39,937 nucleotides of DNA from Trichinella spiralis (taxonomy: Eukaryota), in assembly GCF_000181795.1 (NCBI RefSeq), contig NW_003526945.1, forward strand, positions 4,314,313 through 4,354,249. Direction: 5' to 3'. Of this stretch, positions 13,359-25,716 are shown piece after piece; the stretch's first letter is position 1; each line of letters starts with the position of its first letter. The position numbers were made by a program, and so were the translations under genes. Below the pieces are notes generated by a model that did no database searches, was not told where the DNA came from, and worked only from the letters and a program-made list of their open reading frames with translations.

Positions 13359-15223
13359 TTAACACCATTCTTTTTTCAATTTGTGCCACATTTCCAAAGT
13401 TTCATCTTGATTTTGAATCATCATTTCCCAATGTCGACCTTCAGCTCCTTTGCTTTGACGCTCCAAAATGATGTGGCCCACCTCGTCGTCAAGTCCAATC
13501 GGCGGATCCATGCAAACCTGAAATTGCACAACCGAAATTAGCATTTATTGTTGTAGATATTAATTGACAATCATTTTGTGTATGGTTTTTCAATTCCAAT
13601 TTCCATTGATTATTTTCAACCGGCTGAACGCTACGTCGAGCATAGCAGGCGCGAAATGGCAAAAAGCACTCAGTCTGTTATTTCGTTTCGCTCCAAGCAT
13701 TTTATAAAAAAATATTTTCCAATTTAATGTATTATTTTTTCTTTTCAAATCATGCAGTGATAAATGATAAAAGTGAATAAATTGTCATTTTCCTTGTACA
13801 TGCTCATGTAGAACAAGCAGAAATTTTCAAATTTCATCTACAATCTATGAGAACGAGCAAAATTGTAATGGAAATAAAAAAATATGTTTGTAAAATATAA
13901 AACTTTCATATAAATTACATTTCTTTAGAAATGAAAAAGATTTTCGAGTTTCAAAATGGGAAAAATTCAAAATTAATCAAAATTCCATTTTGAAAATGCA
14001 TGCCAGTTGGAAAATATTATTGAATATTTGAATTGTTTTTATTTCTTCATCTTTTTCTCTTACATCCCTCCACTCCCCCCCCCCCCGCCCTCCTTGGATG
14101 ATTTGCAATCAGTGTTAGTGATGAATGTGTAACAATCGGGCATTTTGTCACTTTTGCCAATTGGAATAATATGAGCGGATGAAACTGTGAAGATTTGTCC
14201 ATCCTGCGAGACTGTGCCAGCATAATTGAGCTGCTGGTGGAGGAAAAAATTTTTTTTCAATGCAAATGAACAAGTCAAATGCCCGCCGAGTGATAAAGCT
14301 TTGGACAGACGGGACCGGTGGTGATAAATTTTCCAAATCCATCGATCAGAACGCTTGGGTTTTGGTTTGGGAAATTTTCCAAGCGACTGTTTTATTCCAA
14401 AAAAAAGAAAAAATAATAAATGCAAATTTAAACTCACCGCCAAAACCAATTTGACAATGGGCAATTTGGCCAACGGTACGGTGAAGATGAACTGTTCGCG
14501 AAAAATTGGGGAGTGGCTCCGGCTTTTGGGGCGTGTTTTACGCCGGTCCAAACAGTTTCCAAATTGTACAAGCCACAGTCTGACGTACGGTTCTGTGGGA
14601 ATGTAGATGAAGAAAAATTGAACAAAATCAAAAATCACATGAAACGGAAATTTATTATTCACTTGACGATATGCCGAAATCGGCATACGGTAGATTGCGA
14701 GCTTCGACCACAAAAACTCGAAGCGTGGACAATGTCGATTCGTAGCAGAGACCAATTTTCAGCTCACCGCAGCGACACTGAAAAAAAAATACGACACTAC
14801 AAAAACCCTTTTCTCCTTCTATTCGAGATACATTTGATGCCCCTTGTAGCAGTCTCCAATTGACCAATTCCGAATCGATGTCGAGACTTGAAAATGGATA
14901 AATCAGACGATCCGCAACGGATCTTTGGTGCAAATATTTATCGGGCACCTCTTGGCGGTCTTTATTTGGTCGTCCTGAAAAATTGCATTCGATCGTTTCA
15001 ATTAGCATAATTGATTTTATTCGTCGAATAAATTATTCATTGAACAACCCGTCGGAGTGGTCTGATTGCGCAGACGTACGGCCGGCGGCGAAAATATGGC
15101 CCTCTGACCGCGGCAAGGCAGGTGAAAGTTCCTCTGCTGGGCGTTGTTAATTGCGTTTCCGGTCGACGGCTTTTTCCTTCCACTTTCTCTTCCAAGCAAA
15201 CTTTGCAAAATTAGAGCTTCCAT
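13359..15223 (-). CDS. Synaptotagmin-like C2B-domain protein with no transmembrane segment seen; probably Ca2+-independent
   Basis: Exons 14777-14663, 14592-14438 and 13517-13359 splice to CGELKIGLCYESTLSTLRVFVVEARNLPYADFGISSKPYVRLWLVQFGNCLDRRKT...PIFREQFIFTVP...LVLAVCMDPPIGLDDEVGHIIL...RHWEMM...MWHKL, a synaptotagmin C2B fold with the terminal WHxL motif. Upstream exons near 14974-14833 and 15223-15049 are in frame. The start codon is tentative. Confidence 0.8.
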
Positions 15224-17470
15224 TTTCTAAGAAAAAAATAATAATTACTTTTTTTATTGCATATTTTAATCACAACACAACGTACCGATATATTCAAATA
15301 TTTTGGGCTCAGTAGATATTTTTGTTGATAATCTAATCAACGCTAATAATCAGTGTTTTGTGGCAATAATAATTGCTGGATTTGGTCGAGAATGGAGAAA
15401 ATTACCGCCTTGATCTAACAAAGTCAGGCAAAGGCCAGTTTCCATTTTATTAAAATCAATCAATGCTGTGCGACTTTCGAATTTACAGGTCGGATCTGAT
15501 TGGCTAGTGGGGTTTGAAAAAAAAATTACCATCTTTTCCACGCTCAAAGAAAATGCAATGGATTTCACCAATTGTACCATTCCGCTTCACCAGTTGTTCC
15601 ATTGTATTGGCTGAATGATCTTTTTTCATCATCAACATCTTCTTATTCTTTTGTAACAATGTTGAAATGAAAAAACCAAATTGAACACCTTTTCACTTTC
15701 GAATAAATAAATTTTCTCATCTCTATTATGGAAAATATTTTCCATCGCAAAAAATGACGTCATACAATTATAATTTCAACAATGAAAAAAGATATGCTTG
15801 ACGTGTTTGTGAATTTTCATTTGTCAAAAAGCGTGAAATGGAAAAATCCAATTGGAACAGAAATGAAGAACAATAAATCGAGCAAGCAAACAATTTTTAT
15901 ATTCATTTTCCCAAATAAAGATTATTAAAAATACAATTTGCCCACAGATGTTGTTGTACATTAGTAGTTGTCGAGTGAATGTGGAGAAATTTAAACAAAA
16001 TATTTAATTTCAAATTATCTTCAATTAGACGATTAAGGGGGGAAAAAGTGGCAATTTCAGCAAAAGTAAGCCCAAGACAAACAATGGCAACAAAATTTGA
16101 ATTATTTCAACGATTAAACGTGTCAACAACAAACTTATGAATAATAATAATAATAATAGTTCAGGCGAGAAAAGTTGCTTTCAACTGTTGCTTCCTCTTG
16201 GAAAAAAAATATGAACTTTTCCAAATATCAATAAAAAATTAAGTTCAATTGAAACTTTTCTACCGCCATCCGGATTACTTTTCACAAACATTGCAACATT
16301 GAAAATAATAAATATGCAATGTTTCAACATTTCTACAGTATGCGGATTGTTTTTGTTTTCATTTTCTTCTTATTATTTCGAAGAAATTTTTATACAATTA
16401 AAAATCCCACTGTTTATTCTGACGAGTGAATACAAAAAAAATTGGAAAAAGCATTGGAAATCCCTGAAAGTTGAAAATAAAAATTCCCGTTCGTCTAATG
16501 AATCCAAAGACGTCGCATGTGGATCTGGTCATTTAATTTGCGCATCCAAGTGGAGCATTTTTGAACATTTCATTTCAACTATTCAATAGCAATTCACACC
16601 ACTGCAATTAGTTGTCGGTGACAAATTGCCAGTTGTAGAACTTCCTTTCAATAATGAATTTCCATTTTATACTGAAATTACTAACCAAATTTGAAATTAA
16701 AATTTTAAAAATAACTCTTCTTTTTGTTTCTATCAAAGTTAATTATTTTTATTTGCCTAATTAATTATATCGATTTCGCATCATTAAACAATGCAATTAA
16801 AAGGCAGCAAAAATTTAACACCCTTTGAACGTTCGCTTTTTAACAGAATATCAATAAAATTTTCTATTTACATTGAAGCATTCTGATATTGAAAAAAAAT
16901 TTAAGTTTTTAATTAAAGTTGTAACATTAAAATTATACATTTATCTTTAATTATTATTTGCACGACGAACATAATTCTTATTAAATTTATTATTATTCTT
17001 GTTGAACAGATGAATTTTACATAGAATGTGTATTTTGTTTTCTTTAATGACAAATAGCAAGACATGCATTTCGTACCACTGTTCATTTTGACACTCATCT
17101 TGCGCAGGGATATTGAATTTTCAACCTAAAATTATAATTGTCAACAGTTATCAATATCTGCCCTCAATAATAATGCACTTTTTTAAATTAATACTTACTT
17201 TTCAGAATATTTTTTTTTCAACACTAATGAATCAGCATATGACAATGATAACTTGGTTGGCACTGATCAAACAATGCACCATGGCACCTATTTGAGTCGA
17301 CAATTCATCTAATTCAATCTGAAACACTAGCGTGCTAATATTTTTTTAAATTTGCATGTAAAATTTATGTTTATAATCTATAATTGCATATTCACTGGGT
17401 GCACTTGGAACATGCTTGATTATACTTTTGTTTCAAATATTTCAGATTGCTGCTCTTTGCAACAAAACAA

Positions 17471-18326
17471 ATGGCTTCTCGTCAAAAGGGAACATATCGC
17501 TCAACAAATTTGGAACGTACACCGTATGCTTCTTTGATTGCTTTGAGTATTTCTGTTTTTGGGGTTATTTCATTTTCGTGGATCACATATTCTGCAGTTA
17601 ACGTTTCTTTACAGCAGCTACGAAGCGTTTTTGATGCAAGTGAACGTTTTTACTCGAATTGTTTTTTTATTTAATTTACAAAATCAGTGCTTTATAAAAT
17701 ATGTAAAATTTCGTTTATTTTTACAGCAACAGTTTCACTGGTTCGACAAAGTTAAACTTGTATTCATTGGCTTGGCAATAGCAATGCTTTCATTTCTACT
17801 TTTGTTAACAATATTTGGTTTATTGGCCACTGGATCTACAAGGGATCGTATATACAACAGCTGGAGAAGTCGAATCAGCGGACGTATGACCATAGTTTTG
17901 CTATTTCTACTAAATTATTTCATCTACATCTGCTGGTTGGAAATTTTCACCATTGTCACTGCTCTATTTTTCCTGAACATCTTTTTCAAGAATCTTTGCA
18001 AAACTGTATCAGGCTACGAATCCGAAAATTGCTTAGACTTCACGACGGTCGGTATCCTGCTCAACAGTACCGAATCTGTGCAAATATGGAACACATGCGG
18101 CGTCACGTTGCAACAGTTTTGCTTGTTCACCGACACTGCTAACGGCTATTACGTCATCAGCTATTTTTCAACTGCCGTTGTCCTCCTTGGATTGGTCCAT
18201 TTTTTAATATGTCTAACGGCTAATTATGTGCATTTAAGTGGCGGCTTCAAGTATTTTCAGCTTCGAACAATGCCACTCTTTGAAGGTGAAAACGTCGTCG
18301 ATTACCAAAACGAACGTCTTGGTTGA
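17471..18326 (+). CDS. nmgp-1: Neuronal membrane glycoprotein M6 / myelin proteolipid (PLP/DM20) family, 254 aa; exons 17471-17635 and 17727-18326
   Basis: Motifs PYASLIA, LATGSTR, CLDF, CGVTLQQFC and LTANYVHL with four hydrophobic TM segments. The frame joins through a GC-AG intron (GAT|gcaagt...ttacag|CAA). Confidence 0.9.
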
Positions 18327-18699
18327 TCGTTTTTCACTTTTCAATTTCCTTTTGAACTGCATCTCATTTGAATAAAAAACTCAAATCTAATTCTATTGAT
18401 TTGCATTTATCTCAAATAAACTTCATTTGTCATTAATTTATTCTGGTCCTTTTTTAGCAAGCATTTCAGTGCAACGTGAACAAATTTTTCAATTCAATGC
18501 AAATTTATTTTTTCTAAAAATATTATTTCCTTTTATAAATATTACACATGGCAAAGTGGAGTGCGAATTAAAAAGGTGACATCAGTGTTGCCCAAAAGAA
18601 AAGAAACCCACTATCTATTGGGATGCTCAGCTTCCCTACTCTGAGTGGAATTTGTTCTGTTAAGGAGTTCTTGTCGACTTCGCTGGTCTCTACTCCCCT

Positions 18700-19849
18700 A
18701 GGAATAGACTATTCGAAGTGCTATATACAAATCACCACTATCGCAATCTGTTCTATAGAACAATCAGACAGTATTTGTGCGAACAGCTTATTAAACAAAC
18801 ATTATGCAAACGACAAGGTACAGTGACGAAAAAAACTATCACACACAATCACGTTTCTAACATGACATCCTCTTCAAATGGCACATCCATTCCCTTCTTT
18901 CACCCGCACTGCAGGTCACTGGTTTCGGTAGATTCGGGAGGAATGTTCTCATATATCATATAGCAGAAGCTTCATGAGCTGCAGGTATCTTTTCAGTTGC
19001 ATCAACGCCAGTTTGGAGATGGGAGGTGTGCAATAGCTAGACAAATAGATAGATAACCGCGATAATGTGCGGGATTTGTGGGGGTTTCATGATCAGAGTT
19101 CCATACGTAGTGACTGGTTCCTATTTCACTTGGTGGACATGCGGGCACCACGTGGAGCGTCCTATCGGTTTTTTTCTGATTTTCTTTATCGTTGGTATTC
19201 TCCAAAGACACCGTTCAAAATTTCATTTCCAGATCAAGAAGAGTTTCAATCGTTCACGTACTGGAATGCTCGTGACGAGTTCAAAATAATTTTCCATCCA
19301 CACGTCTGCAGAAGGGTGGCGTATTTACTTGTGGGTCAAAAACGACGCTACCTCTTTACTAAAATGAGAAACTAGCGTATGGGATCACTGGAGCAGCCAG
19401 AATAACTTCTTCCGCCGGATAGCGATGCTGTTTCAACAATGGCGTAGCTAGCTGTGCCACATGGCTGGCTTCAACCATTAGACTGTTTCAGCCGCATATA
19501 CTGTGTTCCATCTTCACTGTTATAGCAGCTCATCCGTCCTGAACAACTTCAATTCAGAAATTCCATTCTGAGTTCGCATTTTGTTCAAAGCGAATGATGC
19601 TCGCAAGCATTCATGGAAGTGAAGTGAAAACAAGTGCAACATGCGTCACAACAATCAAAAAACAGTCGTCACTATACAATCGTTTTCCATTTCTTCACGG
19701 CATAAACACGTTATTGTTTTACCAGTTATTGATGACGTCATCTCTTCGTCATTTAAAACTGCTGCGTTGTTGACTGGATTTCTTTTCATATTTGTAACGG
19801 TTGATCTTTGTTCCAATGACAAAACCACTTTACTGTGCTTCTCCACCAA
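18700..19849 (-). pseudogene. Probable decayed PHD finger + JmjC histone demethylase (PHF8/KDM7-like) pseudogene
   Basis: Collinear fragments in shifting frames with stops: TCLCREE (~19710), CCDACCTCFHFTS (~19650), LLKQHRYPAEEVIL (~19430), DRTLHVV (~19160), HKYCLI (~18770). The order matches recalled PHF8 motifs YCLCR, CDMCQDWFHGSC, RTFDSSDEVIL, EKVLNVI and QKYCLM. Confidence 0.4.
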
Positions 19850-20087
19850 ACGAAGACACGAATGGATTAATCAGCGACATACCACTACTTGCCGTTTTCG
19901 CTGGAACCCATCCACTTGTGCATATAAATAGTGTAATACGCAGGATGAAGATGATCATTAGTTGACAAAGATCAAAAGCTTCTCATAAACACAGCCGCAC
20001 ACACACACACAGATGAATGGCGCAACGCAACCACCGCACTGAACACAACGTCAAACGACGACTGCGCTCGCTCGACTGCCACGGCTA

Positions 20088-20232
20088 CTTTTATACTAGC
20101 GTGGGGGTGTGTTGCTCCGCATTTCGTCCAACGTTTGCCCGCGTAGTCTCTTTTCGCTCACGCCAAACGTGATTGGTAGATACACAATTTTCAATTGCTC
20201 GATAGTCTCTTTTCGCTCACGCAGGCCGTGAT
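20088..20232 (-). promoter_or_regulatory. Candidate Pol II promoter: TATAAAAG, CCAAT box and a duplicated 20-bp element
   Basis: On the minus strand, TATAAAAG at 20095-20088 is flanked by GC-rich sequence, with CAGTC initiator-like sites 10-25 nt downstream and CCAATCA at 20176-20170. The direct repeat TAGTCTCTTTTCGCTCACGC occurs at 20144-20163 and 20203-20222. Confidence 0.45.
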
Positions 20233-20833
20233 TTCCAAACGAGACTCGTCTAAGGATCGTTCGATATTATTCAGATGCTTTTTTTACATTTGGACAAAGA
20301 AGGCGGTTTCTGCAGAAACCTGAATCTGTTTTCCAAATAATGACCCATGTAGACATGGCTATTCCGATAGTTATCAAGAAAGAGATTGTTCAAAGCCCAA
20401 CATTAGTTCATCAGTTTATGAATTGTCATTTTCATAACGTTCTTTAATGTTTTACTGTTACTCTGCGTTCCAAGGTGATATTGTTAATGTATATTTTGTA
20501 TCTTTTACTGAATTCAATAAAATGACAAAAAATGAAGTTGAATTTGTTTGAATAAAATCCGTATTCAAAACTAAAAAATGTGTGGAACGAGCATAGTATG
20601 CGAATCCAAATTGACATATGGCAGTTGCTGGCGTACACATACATTGCTTTATTCAATGTACCTCCCTATTTAAGTTGTTTATTCATAAGGTGCACAGATT
20701 GCTTGATATAAGCATTCTTTTCAAAGGCTTATATCGCAACCGGCATCAAAAAACAGAATGTTACAGCATTAGTAAAATGCTGGTTGAATTTAATATCATA
20801 ACCAATGCACTTTAGACACCCGTCCAAAATGTG

Positions 20834-20873
20834 TTCGGCTAATCAGTGATCGGGTAATCGGAGTTCCACTGTA
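20834..20873. mobile_element. Possible solo pogo/Tigger-type DNA transposon terminus with TA target site
   Basis: The reverse complement reads TA-CAGTGGAACTCCGATTACCCGA...TGATTAGCCGAA, the pattern of pogo-like TIRs with an internal subrepeat. No partner TIR was seen in the window. Confidence 0.35.
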
Positions 20874-21391
20874 TATACAGAAAATGACAGTACTTATATG
20901 ACGCTGACTCGTCCAGCTGAGCGCTACACCAATTGAAAATAATTCTCTATATTTGACGCACCCGTCAACTTATAAATGTATTTTTTTAATGTAGAGCAGA
21001 AATAGCTCTATTTTTTAAAAAAATTATTATTCAAAATTTTTACAGTAATTGTACTTTATTGTTAACCCTGTTACAGTATTCCTTAAAAAATTATTGTTAA
21101 TATTATAAAGTTTTATTCTGAATACTTGTGTTTGTAAGATAATGCAGTTAAATGTCATTTTATATGCAATTTTTTAAATTCAACGATATAATTTTATATT
21201 AAATTAAACGTTCGACTTGTGTACCTTCATTTCCCTAGTTAATGTATCATCCGACTACAGTTTACCATGCTTGTATTTTTCTATGATGCGTTTCCGCGGT
21301 GAAAGTTATTTTATGACGATTGTTATTTTATTGATGAATGTCAATATTTTATTTCATCTTTTTAAATTTCTTTATATTTTTTAAGCATCTT

Positions 21392-23194
21392 ATGACTATG
21401 GAATCGGATATAATTTCAGATTTAACTGAAGAGTTGAAGGTGGATGGTTTTCGTTTTGTTCTTTGTGAATATATTTTATGAAGCAGACAGAACTTTTTGA
21501 TGTTTAGAAGTTGAAGCTGAACCGCGAAAAGAAAGAAAGTGAAATTGAAAATGTGACCAACGTTACCGCAGAAATGTTCACGCTTTTGAAAAAGAACCAG
21601 CCCAGCAAAAGTCACTTGTTTTTTACGGTGTGTATTTCCTGTTTAAAATTGTGCATTTTCATATTGCTGCTGTTTATTGTCTTAATGTTGAATTTAAACA
21701 TTTGAAATGGCGTTTAAATGTTGGTTGTAAGAAGAAAAAGAAGGTCGTCTTTCGAATACATTTCGCTAGTTTTAGTCGCACCATTCTCCCGCTACTGTGT
21801 TAACATTTGATTTGAAAATGAACCCTGTACCCATGCTGCATGTAAATCCGATTTCCATAATTGGCTCTCCATGGTTGTGCGTTATTCAAGAAAAATTGAT
21901 TGTTGGTTGTGAAGTAAAAAACAAAAACAAGTAAATTTTTTTCACCAAACTGAATACAATTGCAAATTTTCTCTGTTAATCATGTGAAAGTAAAAGCATT
22001 TCCAAAGATGGTCAACGTAAGATGTGCAAAAATAAATATGAGTCCATTTTTTGAAGAACCGTGGCAAATATCAGTGCTGCGTTGGTGTGGAAAGAGAAGG
22101 ACAGTTTGCAGCACAGTTGCAAATCGACCACTGTGACTCTTCTTGATAAAGGCGGCATCCGTGCAGCAAATTCCATTTTCAGCATGCCTGTTGAACGTTC
22201 GTTTCTCAAGTAAATTAATTATTCGATAAATCAACCGAAATGAAACTGTCAGTCAAACAAATTTCAATTGTTATTTGTTTTGTTATTGATGGAAAATTGA
22301 TCATTTTGCAAATGTATAATCAACTTTAGACCAAACGAGTCAGCGCAAATAATGATTTCATCTGTTCAACCATCGCAAGCTGTTAATATGCACTTGTTGA
22401 TTGAAATGTCCGTACACCAAGATGAAAACACGCCAGATTTACAATATTCTCCACAAGTGGAACCTGCAAAATGGCGTCCCTGGTATACACAAGTGGACAA
22501 TGTTCATTTCGACGCTGCCCGCGTGTCTGATTTTGAAGACTTGCAATCTAGTGAATCATCTCAGGACCGCTTGTACGCTGTTCTCGCTGTGCATGCCGCT
22601 TTTGAGCGAACCGTACTCCGGGTGGAGAAGAATGCCAGTATTGTTTAAACTTCATTTTAAAATGAGGAACGTTTTCTTTACACCACACTGAAGAGGAAAT
22701 TTCAGCGTTGGAACAGCTGTATCTCAGGCAAGTTGCTGCTACTCATGCCGGCATCCATCGATGCACATTGTCCGCCTTGAAAACTCTGCATGCGTTTCGA
22801 ATCGACGGAGAGGCTTGCTTCCTCGTCATTTACGACATGTATGAATGGTTGTTGTTTTATTTTTTGTATTTTAACTTTTGAGAAACAACACGAATTGCTA
22901 GCCGCTGCTGGATTGCATTGTACTGTTTGCAGATCCCGTGCAAAGTTGTCACAATATTTGGAATTATTGTCTCGTTCACTGGAAGTGGTCGAATGTCGCC
23001 CGTTGACAGTCGAAGCTGAAATTGAAGATGTACTTTTGCAGTTGAGCGAGCAACGAGTGAAACATTTGGAAGCATTGTACGACTTACTCAGCAAAACCGA
23101 TTCGAACGGAATTCCCCTCGAACAATACCGTATACTGCGACTTAAGTTGGCGCAGGTTCAATTTTGCATCGCATTTATTCAGGCGTTTGAATGA
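21392..23194 (+). CDS. FANCB-like protein (coiled coil + beta-sandwich + alpha/beta C-terminal half), about 392 aa; exons 21392-21439, 21508-21627, 21776-21930, 22057-22209, 22330-22637, 22706-22838, 22933-23194
   Basis: All seven exons join in phase with GT-AG sites. Collinear motifs resemble recalled human FANCB: WLCVIQEKLIVG (WYRVIDDSLVVG), LYAVLAVHAAF (LFALLAAFHKS), FLVIYDISRAKLSQYLELLSRSL ([23 protein letters not shown]), QYRILRLKLAQVQ (LYREITLKVAEVQ). The gene model is firmer than the family call. Confidence 0.6.
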
Positions 23195-23594
23195 TAATAT
23201 TAATATTAGTCGGCTTATTCTGCTGAAAAAGAAAAAATAAAAGTCTTGCAGTGTTGAAAAGAAATATAGGTTTTATAGAATTTTCATTTTTATTATAAAT
23301 GCAACTAACTGTTGACAGCTTAGTAGCAACTGAAAGAACAATACAAGCGGGACATTTTAAAATAACCAACCACCAAATAACAATGTTCACATACTAAAGG
23401 CTGGAATATCTGTTCAAAGTGCTAATAGACATCTAACTAATATAACAGACCTATGTGAAAATCATTACCACAAGGCTAACGCAGCCAGAGTGGTATCAGA
23501 GAAGTAAAACCTAATTGTTTTAGAGGGCTTTCTTATATATGCAAGCAACAGTTACTGAACTAAGGTAAAGAATATAAAATGATGGTAAAACTAA

Positions 23595-25716
23595 TCAGTC
23601 ACTGTCACTAGATGAGTTGGCAGTCTCAGGTAAACCTTCCTGCAACTGCAGCACGTGTTCGATTGGATGCACTTTGCCGTCTTCACAGACCCGAGCCGGC
23701 ATTACCAGTCCTTGCCTGATGTGTGAAAGAATAATAATTAATAAAATTCAATAAGCAAATGAAACTTTTCACAGACTTCATCAAACTGTCGATCTGGTTG
23801 ACAAGCTGCACTGCCTCGTGCTCTTTCTCTTCTTCAGTCATACCTTCCATTGGATTTGGTTTCGGAGGCTCGACACAGCCCAACACTGGATTTATCAGAT
23901 CTTTCGCTTGTTTATATTCTTCAGTTTCTGAGTCGGTTGACGAGGAACAGTTGGACTCGTCTGTTTTCGAATTCTTCAGCTGCGCCGTAGTCAGCATGCC
24001 AAGCGACGCAAGCAACCCAGCAGCGTTACCAAAGCCCGTATATTTCACCAAACGATCGACTAATGAAACACAACCAAGTCCAGCTTGAAAATAAAAAAAA
24101 CAAACAAACAACTCACCGTTCTCCTTGCAAAGCACATACAGAAAATCCGCTACCCACATGCTAACATGGGTCACACTAGTCATAAAACGGACCAATTTCC
24201 CCCTGATCGTGACATCATTCTCCGGTCTCGTGTGCACATCCTTCAGAGGAGGAAGGATCTCATGGCGAAGGTACTTTCGGTAAATACGATTCGATCGAGC
24301 TATGCAAATCAACAACGCCAACGTCGGCTGCATGACAGAAGTATCCGACTGGAAAAAGGCACAGTCATCCGACAGATTCTTTTTCGTCGTAACGGAAAAC
24401 TTACATCGTCGCATTGCTTTGACAACAGTTGCAGAATCACGTTCAACGCTGAAACGTCGTAGCCACGATATATCTTATCATTTCCGGTCGAATCAAGGCT
24501 ACAGACTGGAATTAGTAAAGGATACGTTTCCGGAATGCACAGCGTAAGCACATTGATCACTTGACTAAAAAAAACAATTTTTCGAAAATGATACTCAATC
24601 ACGTCATGTAGTAAATTAGAATTGAATAATTAATTGTAAAAAAATGGTTAAAATGTTCAATCGAAGCGAATAAAATGAACAGTCATTACGAAATCAAATT
24701 CTGGTGCTTCGGTGCGCATTCGCATGCACTCAAAAGATATCGCCGGCACAACAGAACCAAATTGTTGAAAAATATACTAGTGTCAATCGCCTAAAACAAA
24801 AAAAAATAACACGCTAAATAATTTCATTTGTCATTTCTGTGGGCAACTTGCCGAAACTGCTTGCATCGTCATGCCGGACGAGATAACTGTGAACAATACT
24901 TTGAACGCTTCGGTAGCCAAATCGACCACTGTGGTGGAAAGTGGCTCGACGTTGGAATTCTTCAGTTCAAGTAAAAACAAATACAGTTGTTGAGATATAT
25001 TGTATTCGTCGAGCAGTGGCACCGAATTCACTGTCGATAAACACGTAAGCACGAACAGAATTCTCAGGTCGTAGAATGCGTTCTCGCATTGGAAGTTCAT
25101 TGATTTGAAGCCTTGCAGTAATTCCTGATAGCCGCTGTTGGAATTAAAAAAACAGAAAATTATACGCATGCAGCTTATCAAATTCAAAAATTAAGCATAC
25201 CGAAAAACATTTCTAGCCTTTTCACAATTAAACAAAAGATTGCACAAGACTTTCTTCGCCTCTAATCTCACTTCCAAATCCCACGGACCATTGTCGAGTG
25301 ACTCGAATTCCTCTTCTTGCAGATTGGAAAAATGAAACAAATAGGCCATTACTTTTGTCTCGCTTATAAAGTTTGAAAATTCTTTGTCTCTCGACAGGAC
25401 GCGAATCAATACCAGCAAGTCCAAAATTTCCTCCCTATCGTTGAACTGGTCAGCACGCTCGTCCAAGCAATTTCCAAGAAGATGCGCCAATTCTTGGCGC
25501 ACGTTCAGCGGACATGCGGAAAAGTCGAAAAAGAACTGAAGCTGAAATGGGAAAAATTACCAACTGAGAATAGCAAAAACGGCAGCAGAACAAAACAAAT
25601 CAAACTTTTCTGTGCATCTCAAATATGGTTTGGTTGAAGTGAACTCCGCGAGAGGATTTCAACTTTGTCAAAGAATCTCCCATGAATTGGACTTCGTCGT
25701 TTGTCAGACTATCCAT
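23595..25716 (-). CDS. ric-8: Synembryn / Ric-8 G-alpha GEF and chaperone (multi-exon)
   Basis: Motifs IRVLSRDK, EAKKVLCNLLFN, YDLRILFVLT, ILPPLKDVHTRPE, LVKYTGFGNAAGLLA, DSETEEYK and INPVLGCVEPPKPNPMEGMTEEEKEHEA. ATG at 25716, TGA at 23597-23595. Confidence 0.95.

Noticed and set aside
14060..14437. C-terminal part of the 231-aa minus ORF ending in poly-Gly
   Set aside because: It lies after a strong GTGAGT donor at 14437. The C2 domain resumes at 13517, and the poly-Gly comes from a C homopolymer.
15350..15600. Extra upstream exons of the C2 gene
   Set aside because: Splice-like sites exist but no unambiguous in-frame model could be fixed, so they are left out of the CDS.
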